From an uncultured Candidatus Saccharibacteria bacterium (GTDB lineage Bacteria > Patescibacteriota > Doudnabacteria > UBA920), in assembly GCA_964505635.1 (NCBI GenBank), contig CAZDIP010000003.1, forward strand, positions 15,313-79,312: DNA of 64,000 nt, given 5' to 3'. The notes under the pieces were generated by a model. The model did no database searches. It saw only the letters and a list, made by a program, of their open reading frames with translations, and was not told where the DNA came from. Made by a program: the position numbers and the translations under genes. Positions 17,974 through 28,407 of the stretch are shown here, one piece after another (position 1 is the stretch's first letter; every line of letters begins with the position of its first letter).

Positions 17974-19185
17974 TTATTGAATATTTTGACTGATATTATA
18001 AATCGGAGCAATTAATGCCATGGCCAAAAGTCCCACTATGCCGCCAATAAGCAATAAAAGTAATGGTTCAATAACCGAAGAAAGGTTTCTTAAGGTAGTA
18101 TCTACTTCATCTTCGTAATGCAATGCCAACTGTTCTAAAATATTTTCCACGGTTCCGCTTTCCTCCCCTACCTGGAGCATTTGAACGACTAAAATTGGAA
18201 AAAGCTGGTTATTACGGTTTAGACTTTCAGTCAATGGCTTACCAAGTTTGACATCAACAGAAGACTGTGAAACCAACTCTCTGTAAGGAATATTGGACAA
18301 GGAATTACTTGCTACTTCCAAACCCTGCACTATGGGTATTCCGCTTTTTAACAAAGAGCTCAAAATTCTGGAAAATCTTGCCAAATTAATCTTTTTTATT
18401 ATGTTGTTAATTACATAAAAATGCAAAAAAAATATATCAAATGCTTTTTTCCCAGGATAGGTTTTATATATTGATATTATAGCAATAACCAAACCTATTA
18501 TTCCAAAAATAACCAGCGTGCCGTTAGCACTCATAAAATCAGCTACGGCTATAACGGCTTTGGTGGTTGCGGGTAAATCTGTGTTAAATTCCTTGAAAAT
18601 AGAAGTTAATTTAGGCAAAACAAAAATTGACATTAAAATACCTATAATCAACATTGCCCCCACAATTACTGAAGGATAAATCATGGCGCCCTTGGCCTTG
18701 CTTCTAAGTTCATATTCTCTTTGCAGCTGAATGCTTAAATATTCCAAGCTTTTGTCTAAATTGCCCGATATCTCCCCAACTTTTATCATGCTAATAAAAA
18801 TATTTGTAAACACCGAAGGATACTTTTCCATGGCCTCTGACAGACCCTTGCCTGACTGAACCTGCGAATAGATATCTGCAATAATATTTTTAAATCTGGG
18901 GTTTTGGGTCTGCTTTACTAAAATTTGCAAAGCGCGGCTGACAGAAATTCCCGCCTTTAACATAATGCTCAAATTTTCAATAAACCCTATTTTTTCCTGT
19001 AGAGAAATGGTTGAGAAACTTTTCAAAAAAACCATCGCGCTGGATTTGCGGGTTTCCTCAATTTGAGTAGGCAAAAGACCCTGTTCTTTCAAAATATGAC
19101 CGGCTGCTATTGCATTCGGGGCCTGGATGGTAGAAGATTCGTGTTTACCATCTTTTGTTAGCGCTTTGTAAGAAAATTCTGGCAT
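17974..19185 (-). CDS. pilC: Type IV pilus platform protein PilC (T2SS-F family)
   Basis: GEISGNL, AMIYP, LLKSGIP, GEESG, IEP. Confidence 0.93.
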   Translation of the reverse strand: MPEFSYKALTKDGKHESSTIQAPNAIAAGHILKEQGLLPTQIEETRKSSAMVFLKSFSTISLQEKIGFIENLSIMLKAGISVSRALQILVKQTQNPRFKNIIADIYSQVQSGKGLSEAMEKYPSVFTNIFISMIKVGEISGNLDKSLEYLSIQLQREYELRSKAKGAMIYPSVIVGAMLIIGILMSIFVLPKLTSIFKEFNTDLPATTKAVIAVADFMSANGTLVIFGIIGLVIAIISIYKTYPGKKAFDIFFLHFYVINNIIKKINLARFSRILSSLLKSGIPIVQGLEVASNSLSNIPYRELVSQSSVDVKLGKPLTESLNRNNQLFPILVVQMLQVGEESGTVENILEQLALHYEDEVDTTLRNLSSVIEPLLLLLIGGIVGLLAMALIAPIYNISQNIQ

Positions 19186-19197
19186 TGTAGTAAAATA

Positions 19198-20949
19198 TTA
19201 TTCCTTACTTACCCTGACAATTTCTTCCAGCGTGGTTATTCCTTTTAAAGCTTTAATAAACCCGTCTTCCCACATAAGTATCATCCCTTCTTTTTCAGCC
19301 TGTTCCTGGATTTCCTGGGCTGATTTATGCTGCATGATCATATCACCAATAAGCGGGGTTACTTCTAAAATTTCATGAATGCCCACCCTTCCCCTATAAC
19401 CTGAATTGTTGCATTTATCACAACCATGGCCTTTAAAAAATTTCAAATCTTTTATGCTCTTAACTTTATTAGCCAACCCTTCCCTGCTTAAAGTAGTATA
19501 AAATTTTTCCAAATGAAATTGTTTACCTAAACTGTCTTCAAAAGCCTGATCAATTTTTACTTCTTCGGAACAATCCTTACAAATAACCCGAACCAATCTC
19601 TGAGCCAAAACCGCGTTAACTGTAGAAGCAATCAAAAAACTCTCCACGCCTATATCAATCAACCTGGGCAAAGCTCCTGCGGCGCTATTGGTGTGTAAGG
19701 TAGAAAATACTATATGGCCGGTCATGGCAGCATGAACCGCTTCTTCAGCCGTTTCCTTGTCGCGAATTTCGCCGATCATTATAACGTTAGGATCCTGTCT
19801 TAAAAGTGCCCTTAAACCCATGGCAAAAGTCAAACCTATTTTTGGATTAACCTGCATTTGATTTGCACCGACAATTCTATACTCCACCGGGTCTTCAATG
19901 GTGGATATATTAACCGATTTGCTGTTTAACATAGACAAAACCGTATATAAAGTGGTGGATTTACCACTACCAGTAGGGCCGGTAACCAAAAGCATGCCGT
20001 GAGGCTTTTTTATACTGCGCATGATTGTATCATATGCCGATTTTTCAAATCCCAAATCTTCCAAACTCTGCGCTTTAGCGGATTCATCTAAAAGCCTCAT
20101 GACTACTTTTTCCCCATCAAAAATCGGGATCGTAGAAACGCGCAAAGAAAACTTGAAACCGTCTTTTTCAATCTTAAAACGCCCGTCTTGCGGCAACCTA
20201 TGTTCGTCTATTTTTAAATTGGAAAGAACTTTAATTCGCGCGACAATAGCGGCTTGAATAACTTTTGGCAAAGTCATAACATCATGCAAGACGCCGTCTA
20301 TACGATATCGAACGCTGACTGAATTTTCCTGCGGTTCTATATGGATGTCGGAAGCTTTTTCAAAAATAGCATATTCCAAAAGCGTATCCACCACCCGGAT
20401 AACAGGCACTTCCTCAGCCATCTTTTTCAAACCATCCTCTATTTCTTCCGCGGTTTCAGGCCCTTTGGTTAAAGCTTTGCTGGGTGCCGCAAATAAGTGT
20501 TTAATTTCCTTTTCCAAGCTGGTATGGTATTTAGATAGGCCGAAATCCAGGCTTGTTTTACCGATTAAAAACGCCTTAATTGCCAAACCGGTTTTCTTGT
20601 GAATAAACTCTTTAGTCTGAATGTCTTCCGGATCTGTCATAGCTAAAGACAACTCGTCTTTGCTTTTAGCATAACTTATTACCTGATGGCGATGAGCTAT
20701 GGGCTCAGGTACTAAATTTAAAACTTCTTGGGGAATTTGCAATTCCCTTAAATCCACAATTGGGACACTTAAAATCTCAGCTTTTGTTTTAAGCAACTGT
20801 TCTTCTGTAACAATCTTTTTTTGAACTAAAAAATCTTCCCAACTAACTGATGCTTTAGTTGAGCTAAGCTCTTTTTCCAGTTGAGAAAGGTTATTTTCTG
20901 TGATTAATTTCTTTTGTTTTAGAGCAGTATTAAGCTGCTTTTTATCCAT
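19198..20949 (-). CDS. pilB: Type IV pilus assembly ATPase PilB (GspE family)
   Basis: ASDIHIEP, PQDGR, GPTGSGKSTT, LRQDP.VIMIGEIRD, TLHTN, tetracysteine motif. Confidence 0.95.
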   Translation of the reverse strand: MDKKQLNTALKQKKLITENNLSQLEKELSSTKASVSWEDFLVQKKIVTEEQLLKTKAEILSVPIVDLRELQIPQEVLNLVPEPIAHRHQVISYAKSKDELSLAMTDPEDIQTKEFIHKKTGLAIKAFLIGKTSLDFGLSKYHTSLEKEIKHLFAAPSKALTKGPETAEEIEDGLKKMAEEVPVIRVVDTLLEYAIFEKASDIHIEPQENSVSVRYRIDGVLHDVMTLPKVIQAAIVARIKVLSNLKIDEHRLPQDGRFKIEKDGFKFSLRVSTIPIFDGEKVVMRLLDESAKAQSLEDLGFEKSAYDTIMRSIKKPHGMLLVTGPTGSGKSTTLYTVLSMLNSKSVNISTIEDPVEYRIVGANQMQVNPKIGLTFAMGLRALLRQDPNVIMIGEIRDKETAEEAVHAAMTGHIVFSTLHTNSAAGALPRLIDIGVESFLIASTVNAVLAQRLVRVICKDCSEEVKIDQAFEDSLGKQFHLEKFYTTLSREGLANKVKSIKDLKFFKGHGCDKCNNSGYRGRVGIHEILEVTPLIGDMIMQHKSAQEIQEQAEKEGMILMWEDGFIKALKGITTLEEIVRVSKE

Positions 20950-21049
20950 AAATAAATTTGGCTTATTTTTGTTTCTAATTTAAACCAACTTTACCTTTAT
21001 TATACCAGAAAAAATATTAAAAGCAAAAAAATACCGCGCTGTCATTTAT

Positions 21050-22351
21050 TTAACGTCCCTGCCAAGTAAAAATATAATAAAATGTCTTTAAAATTATTTC
21101 TAAGTCGAAAACTATGCCGCGATTTTTTACGTAGTACAAATCATACTGAAGCTTCTCCATACTTTCTTCCACGGTGGAAGCGTAGACATTCAGTTGCGCC
21201 CAGCCTGTAATTCCCGGTTTGACTAAATGACGTTCATCAAAAAAGGGAATTTTATTCTTCAAATCTTCAACAATTTGCAATTGTTCCGGCCTGGGTCCGA
21301 CCAGGCTCATGTTGCCCAAAACTAGGTTGATAAATTGAGGCAGTTCATCTAAACGACTTTTGCGCAAAAATTTGCCAAAAAAAGTTATACGGGAATCATT
21401 TACCATGGTCCAGGTATCGGTAGACCCGCCTGCCATAGTTCTATACTTATAAACCTTAAAAATCTTACCCTGTTTACCAACGCGTGGCTGAATAAAAAAT
21501 ATTGTCCCTTTGGAATCTAATTTAATTAACAGCGCAATAACCGGTAGAGTTATTAAAAAAAATACGAACCCAACCAAACCAAAAATTAAATCCAATATTC
21601 TTTTTAAAAAATTGTAAAAACGCTTTTCTTTATATGCGATATTTTCCAAAAACCAAACTTCGTTAATTTGGGATAGATAAACTTTTCGCAATAGATTTTC
21701 GTAAAAATACTTGTGGTTATAAAATTCCACACCCAATTTCCTTAGTTCGTAAAACTTTTTCATAACTTTAGGATTGGCGGCCAAAGCTTCCGGCAAAACA
21801 ATGCCCGAACCTTTTAAAAAATCCATTTTCTCCAGAGACTGTTCGTTTAGGTGGCCAATAACCTTATAACCCAAATAGCTCTGCTGCTTTATAGCTTCTT
21901 CCAGCTCGCTAAGTTCGCGGTTAAAAGAAAACAGGTAAATATTTTGAATCAAACGATTTTTTAAATTATATTTGACTATCAGATGCCAAAACAAAATTAA
22001 CATAAAAGCTATGCTGCCGTTTATAAGTAAAAACCTTCTAGGAGTCAAAATTAAATCCGGTTGAAAATAAAAATAAACAACAGCAACCAAAATGTTTATC
22101 AGCATAGCTGTCAGCAAGTTAAGAGCCATAACGGTATAGCGCCTGAATGAAGCTACATCAAAAATTCCATATAAATTAAAAACCGCTAGCCACAAAACAA
22201 ATATAACCGAAAAAGCGTTTAAATGATTCGTCCAAAGCTCCGAATTCAAGGTAGTTTTATACCTTAGAAAGACGGACAACCAGAGACTGATAAATAACAA
22301 AACAGTGTCGGGAATAACCACCAACCAAAAAATTGTAAATTTTCTTGACAT
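21050..22351 (-). CDS. Polyprenyl-phosphate sugar-1-phosphate transferase (WcaJ/WbaP-type priming enzyme)
   Basis: KRILD, YKYRTM, RLDELPQF.N...G.MSLVGPRP, VKPGITGWAQ, YDLYYV. Confidence 0.93.
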   Translation of the reverse strand: MSRKFTIFWLVVIPDTVLLFISLWLSVFLRYKTTLNSELWTNHLNAFSVIFVLWLAVFNLYGIFDVASFRRYTVMALNLLTAMLINILVAVVYFYFQPDLILTPRRFLLINGSIAFMLILFWHLIVKYNLKNRLIQNIYLFSFNRELSELEEAIKQQSYLGYKVIGHLNEQSLEKMDFLKGSGIVLPEALAANPKVMKKFYELRKLGVEFYNHKYFYENLLRKVYLSQINEVWFLENIAYKEKRFYNFLKRILDLIFGLVGFVFFLITLPVIALLIKLDSKGTIFFIQPRVGKQGKIFKVYKYRTMAGGSTDTWTMVNDSRITFFGKFLRKSRLDELPQFINLVLGNMSLVGPRPEQLQIVEDLKNKIPFFDERHLVKPGITGWAQLNVYASTVEESMEKLQYDLYYVKNRGIVFDLEIILKTFYYIFTWQGR

Positions 22352-22362
22352 ATTATTAATCG

Positions 22363-22911
22363 CTAATCAAATAATTCAACATTTTTAAATATGGGAAAAT
22401 TGGCATCCCTTTCGGCTAAAATAGGGTTTGCAATCGGCCAAACAATACCCACTTCAGAGTCATTCCACACTAGTCCCCGTTCCAGTTTGGGAGCGTATTC
22501 CTGAGTGGTTTTATATAAAACCGAAGTATTGTCTTCTAAAGACAAAAAACCATGAGCGCAACCAACCGGCACATAAAGCCCTAAGCCATTTTCACTGTTT
22601 AATTCAACACTCAGCCATTTTTTAAAAGCTGGGGAACTCTTACGCATGTCCACTACTACATCTAAAATTGAACCGCTAAGCACTCTTACAAACTTGCCTT
22701 GGCCTTGGGGTTCTAATTGGTAATGCATGCCTCTTAAAACGTGTCTTTTTGATTTGGAAAAATTATCCTGCTTAAAATTTGCCGTTATACCAACGGCTTC
22801 AAATTCCGAGGCCTTATAACTCTCTAAAAACTCCCCTCTGGCGTCAGAAAATTTTTTCGTCTCAACCTGAAAAACACCGGGTATATTTAATTCTTTAAAA
22901 GAAAAGGGCAT
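22363..22911 (-). CDS. rfbC: dTDP-4-dehydrorhamnose 3,5-epimerase
   Basis: DARG.F.E, QDN.S.S...LRGMHYQ, AHGF, YK. Confidence 0.92.
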   Translation of the reverse strand: MPFSFKELNIPGVFQVETKKFSDARGEFLESYKASEFEAVGITANFKQDNFSKSKRHVLRGMHYQLEPQGQGKFVRVLSGSILDVVVDMRKSSPAFKKWLSVELNSENGLGLYVPVGCAHGFLSLEDNTSVLYKTTQEYAPKLERGLVWNDSEVGIVWPIANPILAERDANFPIFKNVELFD

Positions 22912-23647
22912 ATAATTTTATACGAATGTATAGAATAATTCGGGAAAAAAAATAAAAAGGGTAATTGTTCTTTTCCCGACTAATTAACAAAAACTGCTTT
23001 TGCCAAAATTTTAATAATTTATCTGTATTATAACTTGGTTTAAGATAGTTTACAAAAGGCTCTCTAAAATTAAACATCTTGCCCAAAATTCCCATTCTAA
23101 GCCATAAATCATAGTCTTCTGCCAGATCAATTTTATCTTTTATAAACCCTCCGGCTTTTATTGCAACTTCTTTTCTAAACATAACCGTTGAAGTAAAAAA
23201 TGGGTTTTTTAAAAGCATCCGGCGCCGAATTTTCCTGTCACTCTGGGGTCTCATTTTAATCTCCTGTTCTTTAATCTTAGATACAATTTGCATCCCCCCA
23301 CCGGCTAAAACATAATCTGGATTACTGTCTAAAAATTCCACCTGTTTTTTTAACTTATCTGCATTTACCCATTCATCATCGTCATCCAAAATCGCTACGT
23401 ATTTGCCGGTAGAAGACTGCAGTGCTTCTTGCCTGCTTTTTATAATACCTTCCGATACCGAATGCCTAATTATCTTAATATTTAAATGTTTAAAAAATTC
23501 TAAAACCTTATTTATATCTTCAATTGACCCGTCGTCAACCACCACAATTTCATAATCGGTAAAGCTCTGCTTTTCTACCGAAACCAAAGCTTTTTTAAAT
23601 AGCTCACTGCGGTCTCTCGTTAAAATATTAACTGAAACTTTCGGCAT
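22895..23647 (-). CDS. Glycosyltransferase family 2
   Basis: EIVVVDDGS, ILDDDD, AEDYDLWLR. Confidence 0.9.
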   Translation of the reverse strand: MPKVSVNILTRDRSELFKKALVSVEKQSFTDYEIVVVDDGSIEDINKVLEFFKHLNIKIIRHSVSEGIIKSRQEALQSSTGKYVAILDDDDEWVNADKLKKQVEFLDSNPDYVLAGGGMQIVSKIKEQEIKMRPQSDRKIRRRMLLKNPFFTSTVMFRKEVAIKAGGFIKDKIDLAEDYDLWLRMGILGKMFNFREPFVNYLKPSYNTDKLLKFWQKQFLLISREKNNYPFYFFSRIILYIRIKLYALFF

Positions 23648-23651
23648 AATT

Positions 23652-24446
23652 TTAGTTTTTTAATTCGGCTAAATAATTACTGGTTATAAAAATTTCCTGT
23701 GTCTCCGAATATTGACTTATGGGGCTTAAGCCGTCTTTTAAAATCAGAAACAAAGAATAATCTGGCGATAATAGCCTAAAAAAATCTTTAAAAAAGACTC
23801 GGGCGTCGATGTCTGTGCCCCCGAATTCAAACTGGATAAAACGAATTTTTTTATTTTTCAGCATGGCAGCCGCGCCTTTTAAAACCGAAAATTCATACCC
23901 TTCTACGTCCAATTTCAAAAAATCAATCTTCTCAATCTGGTTTTTTTCGCAAAAACTGTCTAAAGTTGTAACCATTACTGTTTCCGTAAAATGCAAGCTG
24001 GCTCTCAAGTGGCCTAAATCACGGTTTAACAGCGAGGCCAAACCCGAACCTGGGCTGTCGGAAAATAAAACAGATTCCCCTGTTTTTTCCCCAAAAGCCA
24101 CATTAAAAACTAAAACTGGAAAATTTTTAAACTTATTCATTAAATCTTTAGCCAATGCCTTTGCCGGTTCAAATATTAAAATTTTAAAACTTTTATTCCC
24201 ATTGCGCTCATTTAGCCATAACTCACTATATTCGCCTTTGTTCGCCCCCACATCAAAAACTATTTGAATATCAGGCTGTTTTTTTAAAACGTATTTTATA
24301 ACAAAGGCTTCCCCACTAAAAGCAGGCATTGCTCCCCCGCCAAAATTCATACCTTTTAAAGACAGCAGATGTAAAAAAGCAAAAAATTTATAACTTAATT
24401 TTCTGCCTAAAAAAAAGCTGAGAATGTTTTTAAAAAACTTTTTCAT
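23652..24446 (-). CDS. FkbM-family methyltransferase
   Basis: FDVGANKG, FEP, TLD, LKLDVEG.E..VLKGA. Confidence 0.9.
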   Translation of the reverse strand: MKKFFKNILSFFLGRKLSYKFFAFLHLLSLKGMNFGGGAMPAFSGEAFVIKYVLKKQPDIQIVFDVGANKGEYSELWLNERNGNKSFKILIFEPAKALAKDLMNKFKNFPVLVFNVAFGEKTGESVLFSDSPGSGLASLLNRDLGHLRASLHFTETVMVTTLDSFCEKNQIEKIDFLKLDVEGYEFSVLKGAAAMLKNKKIRFIQFEFGGTDIDARVFFKDFFRLLSPDYSLFLILKDGLSPISQYSETQEIFITSNYLAELKN

Positions 24447-25183
24447 TGGATTTTGGTAAAAATAAACATGCCACAGGCGTAGTTAGCATTTTCGTAATCG
24501 TTTGGATGAGCATGGGACAAAAACCTACCTTGGTCGTTAACCACCGCAAATTCTAAAAATTTTAAACTTTTAAAATACTCTAAAATCAATTTTGGACTAT
24601 GCACCCTATGCGCGTTAAAGTAAGTGACTGTTTTACCGACAGGCAAAGCAAAATACAGCCTGCCGCCGGGCTTTAAAACACGAGCCAATTCAGCGCAGGC
24701 TTTTTTGGTTCCTAAAGGGTCTAAAGGATCGCCATACCTACCCAGGCCAATATGTTCCGCAACATGTAAGCACGATAAAGAATCAACAAAGTTGTCTTTA
24801 AAAGGCAAACTTAAAATACTACCTTCAATGCAGGTAAAATTATCAAAATCCAAAGTAATAGGGCGAATATCAACAAATTCCAACTTAGTTACTATAGAAA
24901 CCATGGATAAAAAACGAATGGAAGAACCCACGTCCACATGGCTTGGGGGTCTTGCATTAAGCAAATGCTTAAAAGCCCATCTGTCCATATACACATAATG
25001 CTTGTCAAAAGTATGACTTTTGGGATCTTTGTCAAAAACCTGAGGAAATATTTTTAAACTTCCTTCTGGCTTGTTTATATTCCAAACTAAATAATATCTG
25101 AAGTAGTCGCGCGAAAACCAAAAAATTCCGCCCAAAAACACCTTAAACATCCGCCATAATTTTTTTAAAATTTTTTTAAACAT
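24443..25183 (-). CDS. DUF268-like class I SAM-dependent methyltransferase
   Basis: HVDVGS, SLSCLHVAEHIGLGRYGDPLDP, FNAHR. Confidence 0.85.
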   Translation of the reverse strand: MFKKILKKLWRMFKVFLGGIFWFSRDYFRYYLVWNINKPEGSLKIFPQVFDKDPKSHTFDKHYVYMDRWAFKHLLNARPPSHVDVGSSIRFLSMVSIVTKLEFVDIRPITLDFDNFTCIEGSILSLPFKDNFVDSLSCLHVAEHIGLGRYGDPLDPLGTKKACAELARVLKPGGRLYFALPVGKTVTYFNAHRVHSPKLILEYFKSLKFLEFAVVNDQGRFLSHAHPNDYENANYACGMFIFTKIQ

Positions 25184-26087
25184 CTAAAATTTTCAAAAGT
25201 TTGTTAGCACATAATTTGTCTGTAAAATTACTAAGGCTATACTGTCTGGGATTAAAACTCTCTAAACTTTGTAAAAACTTTGTTAGCGTGGAATTTAACT
25301 CTTCGAGGTCATGAAAAAACAAACCACATTCCGAAGACATATAAGGGGCAGAGATTTTTTCTGCTTTCCAAAATAAATCTGCGTTTTTAAAAAACCCCCT
25401 GTCATAAACCAAAGTTGGGATATTTGCCATCCAAGCTTCATTTAAAGCCAATCCCTGGCTTTCACTGTCGGATAAATAAATCATCGCGCGCGCAATACTT
25501 AAAATAGTAAAATATTTTATGTGCGTAAATTTTCCATATTCTAAAAGTTCAAACTTGATTTTTTGCTTGTTCAGTAAATCAGTAACCGGCTTAATAAACT
25601 CCGTGTTCCCTGTTTTGTGATAAATTATTATAGGTCCATTTTTATCCCCCATACTTCCCAGATCCTCAACACCCGCAGCCCAGACTTCCACCCTGCCTAA
25701 AAGCTTTTTTGACAGGTTTTCAAAAAAATTTTTAACCCACACGCTAGGGACTAATATTTTATCTATGGCTTCAGACTCTAAAATTGCGCCCTGGTCTTGC
25801 GGTGAATTAACAATATTTGGCCCAACTACTAAATACCGAATAACGCCTTTTTGTTTTTGATTTATCGCCCACTTTAAGGTTTCAACCCCGCTTAAAACGC
25901 AGGCTGTAACACCCGTTTCTTTTGGCGCCTTATTCCATAAAAAATTATTGTTTAACTCCTTAAGTCCCCTGATTAAAGACATTTCCACGCTCTTGGGTCC
26001 TCCCAAACTTTTTCTAACCAGTCTCTTTATTACCCGTTTTAGCCTAGGCCAGAAAAAAAAATTTTCGGTATAAAGATAAATAGGCAT
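25176..26087 (-). CDS. Glycosyltransferase (GT-B, GT4-like)
   Basis: SESQGLAL.EAW..N.P motif. Confidence 0.75.
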   Translation of the reverse strand: MPIYLYTENFFFWPRLKRVIKRLVRKSLGGPKSVEMSLIRGLKELNNNFLWNKAPKETGVTACVLSGVETLKWAINQKQKGVIRYLVVGPNIVNSPQDQGAILESEAIDKILVPSVWVKNFFENLSKKLLGRVEVWAAGVEDLGSMGDKNGPIIIYHKTGNTEFIKPVTDLLNKQKIKFELLEYGKFTHIKYFTILSIARAMIYLSDSESQGLALNEAWMANIPTLVYDRGFFKNADLFWKAEKISAPYMSSECGLFFHDLEELNSTLTKFLQSLESFNPRQYSLSNFTDKLCANKLLKILDV

Positions 26088-26090
26088 AAA

Positions 26091-27335
26091 TTATTTTTTA
26101 ATTAAGCATTTTTGCAGCCACTTTTCAAAATCTTTAGAATGCCTCTCTATGGAAACCAATGGAATGGCAGCTTGCCTTGCCTTCTCACCCATCTCCAAAA
26201 GCTTGCCAGCCTGCCACTGCTTAATAAAAAACTCCATAAACTCGGCATACTGTGTGCTATTGTCCACATCCGCCACTCTTGAAAATTCCGGTTTTAAATA
26301 TTCTAAATGAGCATTCCAAATTCTTGATTTATGACTGATTACAGGGCGGCAACACAGCATAACCTGAGCAATATTTAAACCAAAAGATTCTCCGTCAGCG
26401 CGAAAATGGGCTAAAATGTCCATTGCATAATAAAAAGCCCACAAATCTTCCGTTCTTCCTGACCCCGGCAAAAAATGAACGTTTCTAATTTTTTCATCCT
26501 GAACCTTTTGTTGCAAAATTGGAGCGGGCGAAATAATTAAATAATGAATATTTGGATATTTTTTTTGCACTATTTTATACGCTTCAATGCCTATGGGATC
26601 ATATACATCGTCTGAGTTCCTGCCTATTCTTCCAAACACCAAATCACCATCGGGTATGCCCAGCGTTCGCCTTAATTTTATACCTTCTTCGGCTGAACTT
26701 GGCAAAGGTTCTTCGGAGGGCACATATGCTACCTGGATTTTATCTTTTGGTACGAAATTTTTTAGCTTTGCAGCAACTTCCTGCGAAATACACAGATGGC
26801 ACGCTATATTTTTTTGCAAATTTGGCTGGCCAAAAACGTTTACAAAAATTATTGGGATATTTTTTACAGCAGAAAAAGGGAAATTGGCATGGCCAGAACC
26901 CGCTGTCACCAAAACATCTATTTGAAAATCAGAAATAACGCGAAAAATGTCAGGCGTCATAACGCTTAATCCGTATGGCATTCGGTTTTCTATTTTACCA
27001 TAGTCAAACCGAATCGGGTAAACTCCCCCGTCCATAACCCAAGCCAGCCTGGAAGAATAGTCCTGCACCCCGGTTGTCTCAAGCGGCTTGTCTGAAAACA
27101 TAAAATAAACATCGTATTTTGACTTATCAGCATATTTTGCCAAAAGTTGTAAAAAAGTTTCAGTGCCGCCATAAGCCATGCCGGTTAAATGGTAGAATAA
27201 AATTCTGGGTTTGGGTTTTATTCTTTTCTTAAAAATATTTTTAAAGCGCAATAAAAATATGCTTATAATTACATACCATTCTCTCATAAGCCAATAAAAA
27301 TAACTTCGGTTTTTTAATCTTGTATGCAAAGACAT
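26091..27335 (-). CDS. Glycosyltransferase family 4
   Basis: YGGTE, FGRIGR, GESFGL. Confidence 0.8.
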   Translation of the reverse strand: MSLHTRLKNRSYFYWLMREWYVIISIFLLRFKNIFKKRIKPKPRILFYHLTGMAYGGTETFLQLLAKYADKSKYDVYFMFSDKPLETTGVQDYSSRLAWVMDGGVYPIRFDYGKIENRMPYGLSVMTPDIFRVISDFQIDVLVTAGSGHANFPFSAVKNIPIIFVNVFGQPNLQKNIACHLCISQEVAAKLKNFVPKDKIQVAYVPSEEPLPSSAEEGIKLRRTLGIPDGDLVFGRIGRNSDDVYDPIGIEAYKIVQKKYPNIHYLIISPAPILQQKVQDEKIRNVHFLPGSGRTEDLWAFYYAMDILAHFRADGESFGLNIAQVMLCCRPVISHKSRIWNAHLEYLKPEFSRVADVDNSTQYAEFMEFFIKQWQAGKLLEMGEKARQAAIPLVSIERHSKDFEKWLQKCLIKK

Positions 27336-27342
27336 GCTAAAT

Positions 27343-28407
27343 CTAAATATAAAAATTTTTATTTAAATATTTAAAGTTTTTTTTATACCATTCTACGGTT
27401 TTTTTTATGCCTGTTTCAAAACCGACTTTTTGTTTATAGCCTAACGAAGCCAGTTTTGAAGAATCTTGGTACTCATCGGGTATTTCAATAAATTTAGGAG
27501 ATTCTTTCATCACCACGGGCTTGTATCTGCTTATTAATTTTTGCAAAACTTCCACTACTTGCTCCACGCTTTTTACATTTTTATTATACTTAAACTTGCT
27601 AATACCAGATCCAATATTAAACACCGGCCAACCTACAGTACCCAGACCCTGTTTTGGTGCATTTTCCAAATTATCACCATAATACCCGGATAGTTTTTCT
27701 GCCAACAAAATATAAGCATCAACCGCGTCGTCAATATAAATATACTCCCTTAAAATATTAGCGTGGCCGGCTTTTATTTGAGGTGGTTTTTTATTCAGCA
27801 AAAGCATGGCGGTCTTAGGTATAAGCCTTGAAAAATTAACATCGCCCGGGCCATAAATATTACAAGAACGCGCCACAGCAGATTTTATTCCATACTGATA
27901 GGTAAAAGCCCTTGTAATAATATCAGCGCAGACTTTTGAAGAACTGTAAATATCCAATCCTCTCAATCCATAAAATTCCTTATACGGTAAAGGTTCGGCT
28001 TCACCTTTTGCATGATGACCGTAAACTTTATCTGAAGATCCCAAAATAAATTCCCTGCAATCACTATGCCGCATGGATTCAAGTAAATTTAAAGTAGATA
28101 AAAAATTATCATTTAAGGTTTTTATTGGGTTCTTAAAAGCCTCGGATACAATAGCAAAGCCGGCAAAATGGAATACTGTTTTTGAGGCAGTTTTGTTTAT
28201 TAAAGATTTAACCTGGCTTAAATTAGCCAAATCACAAGCAATTAGTTTAATTCCCTTAGGGGGGTTGTGTTTTATACGATTCCTTGAAACACCGACTACT
28301 TGTGCCTTCAACTTAACCAGTTTCTTAGCCAAAGCCGTGCCGACAAAACCACCAAAGCCAGTTACCAGGACCTTTCTGTTTTTCCAAAAACTATTTTTAT
28401 TCGGCAT
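27343..28407 (-). CDS. NDP-sugar 4,6-dehydratase (CDP-glucose 4,6-dehydratase-like extended SDR)
   Basis: FWKN.KVLVTG.GGFVG, SSDKVYG, YSSSK, NIYGPGD..FSRLIP. Confidence 0.8.
   Translation of the reverse strand: MPNKNSFWKNRKVLVTGFGGFVGTALAKKLVKLKAQVVGVSRNRIKHNPPKGIKLIACDLANLSQVKSLINKTASKTVFHFAGFAIVSEAFKNPIKTLNDNFLSTLNLLESMRHSDCREFILGSSDKVYGHHAKGEAEPLPYKEFYGLRGLDIYSSSKVCADIITRAFTYQYGIKSAVARSCNIYGPGDVNFSRLIPKTAMLLLNKKPPQIKAGHANILREYIYIDDAVDAYILLAEKLSGYYGDNLENAPKQGLGTVGWPVFNIGSGISKFKYNKNVKSVEQVVEVLQKLISRYKPVVMKESPKFIEIPDEYQDSSKLASLGYKQKVGFETGIKKTVEWYKKNFKYLNKNFYI

Noticed and set aside
23255-23285. Possible heptamer-derived insert in the GT2 gene (SKIKEQEIK)
   Set aside because: Periodicity too weak and no matching intergenic copy in the window
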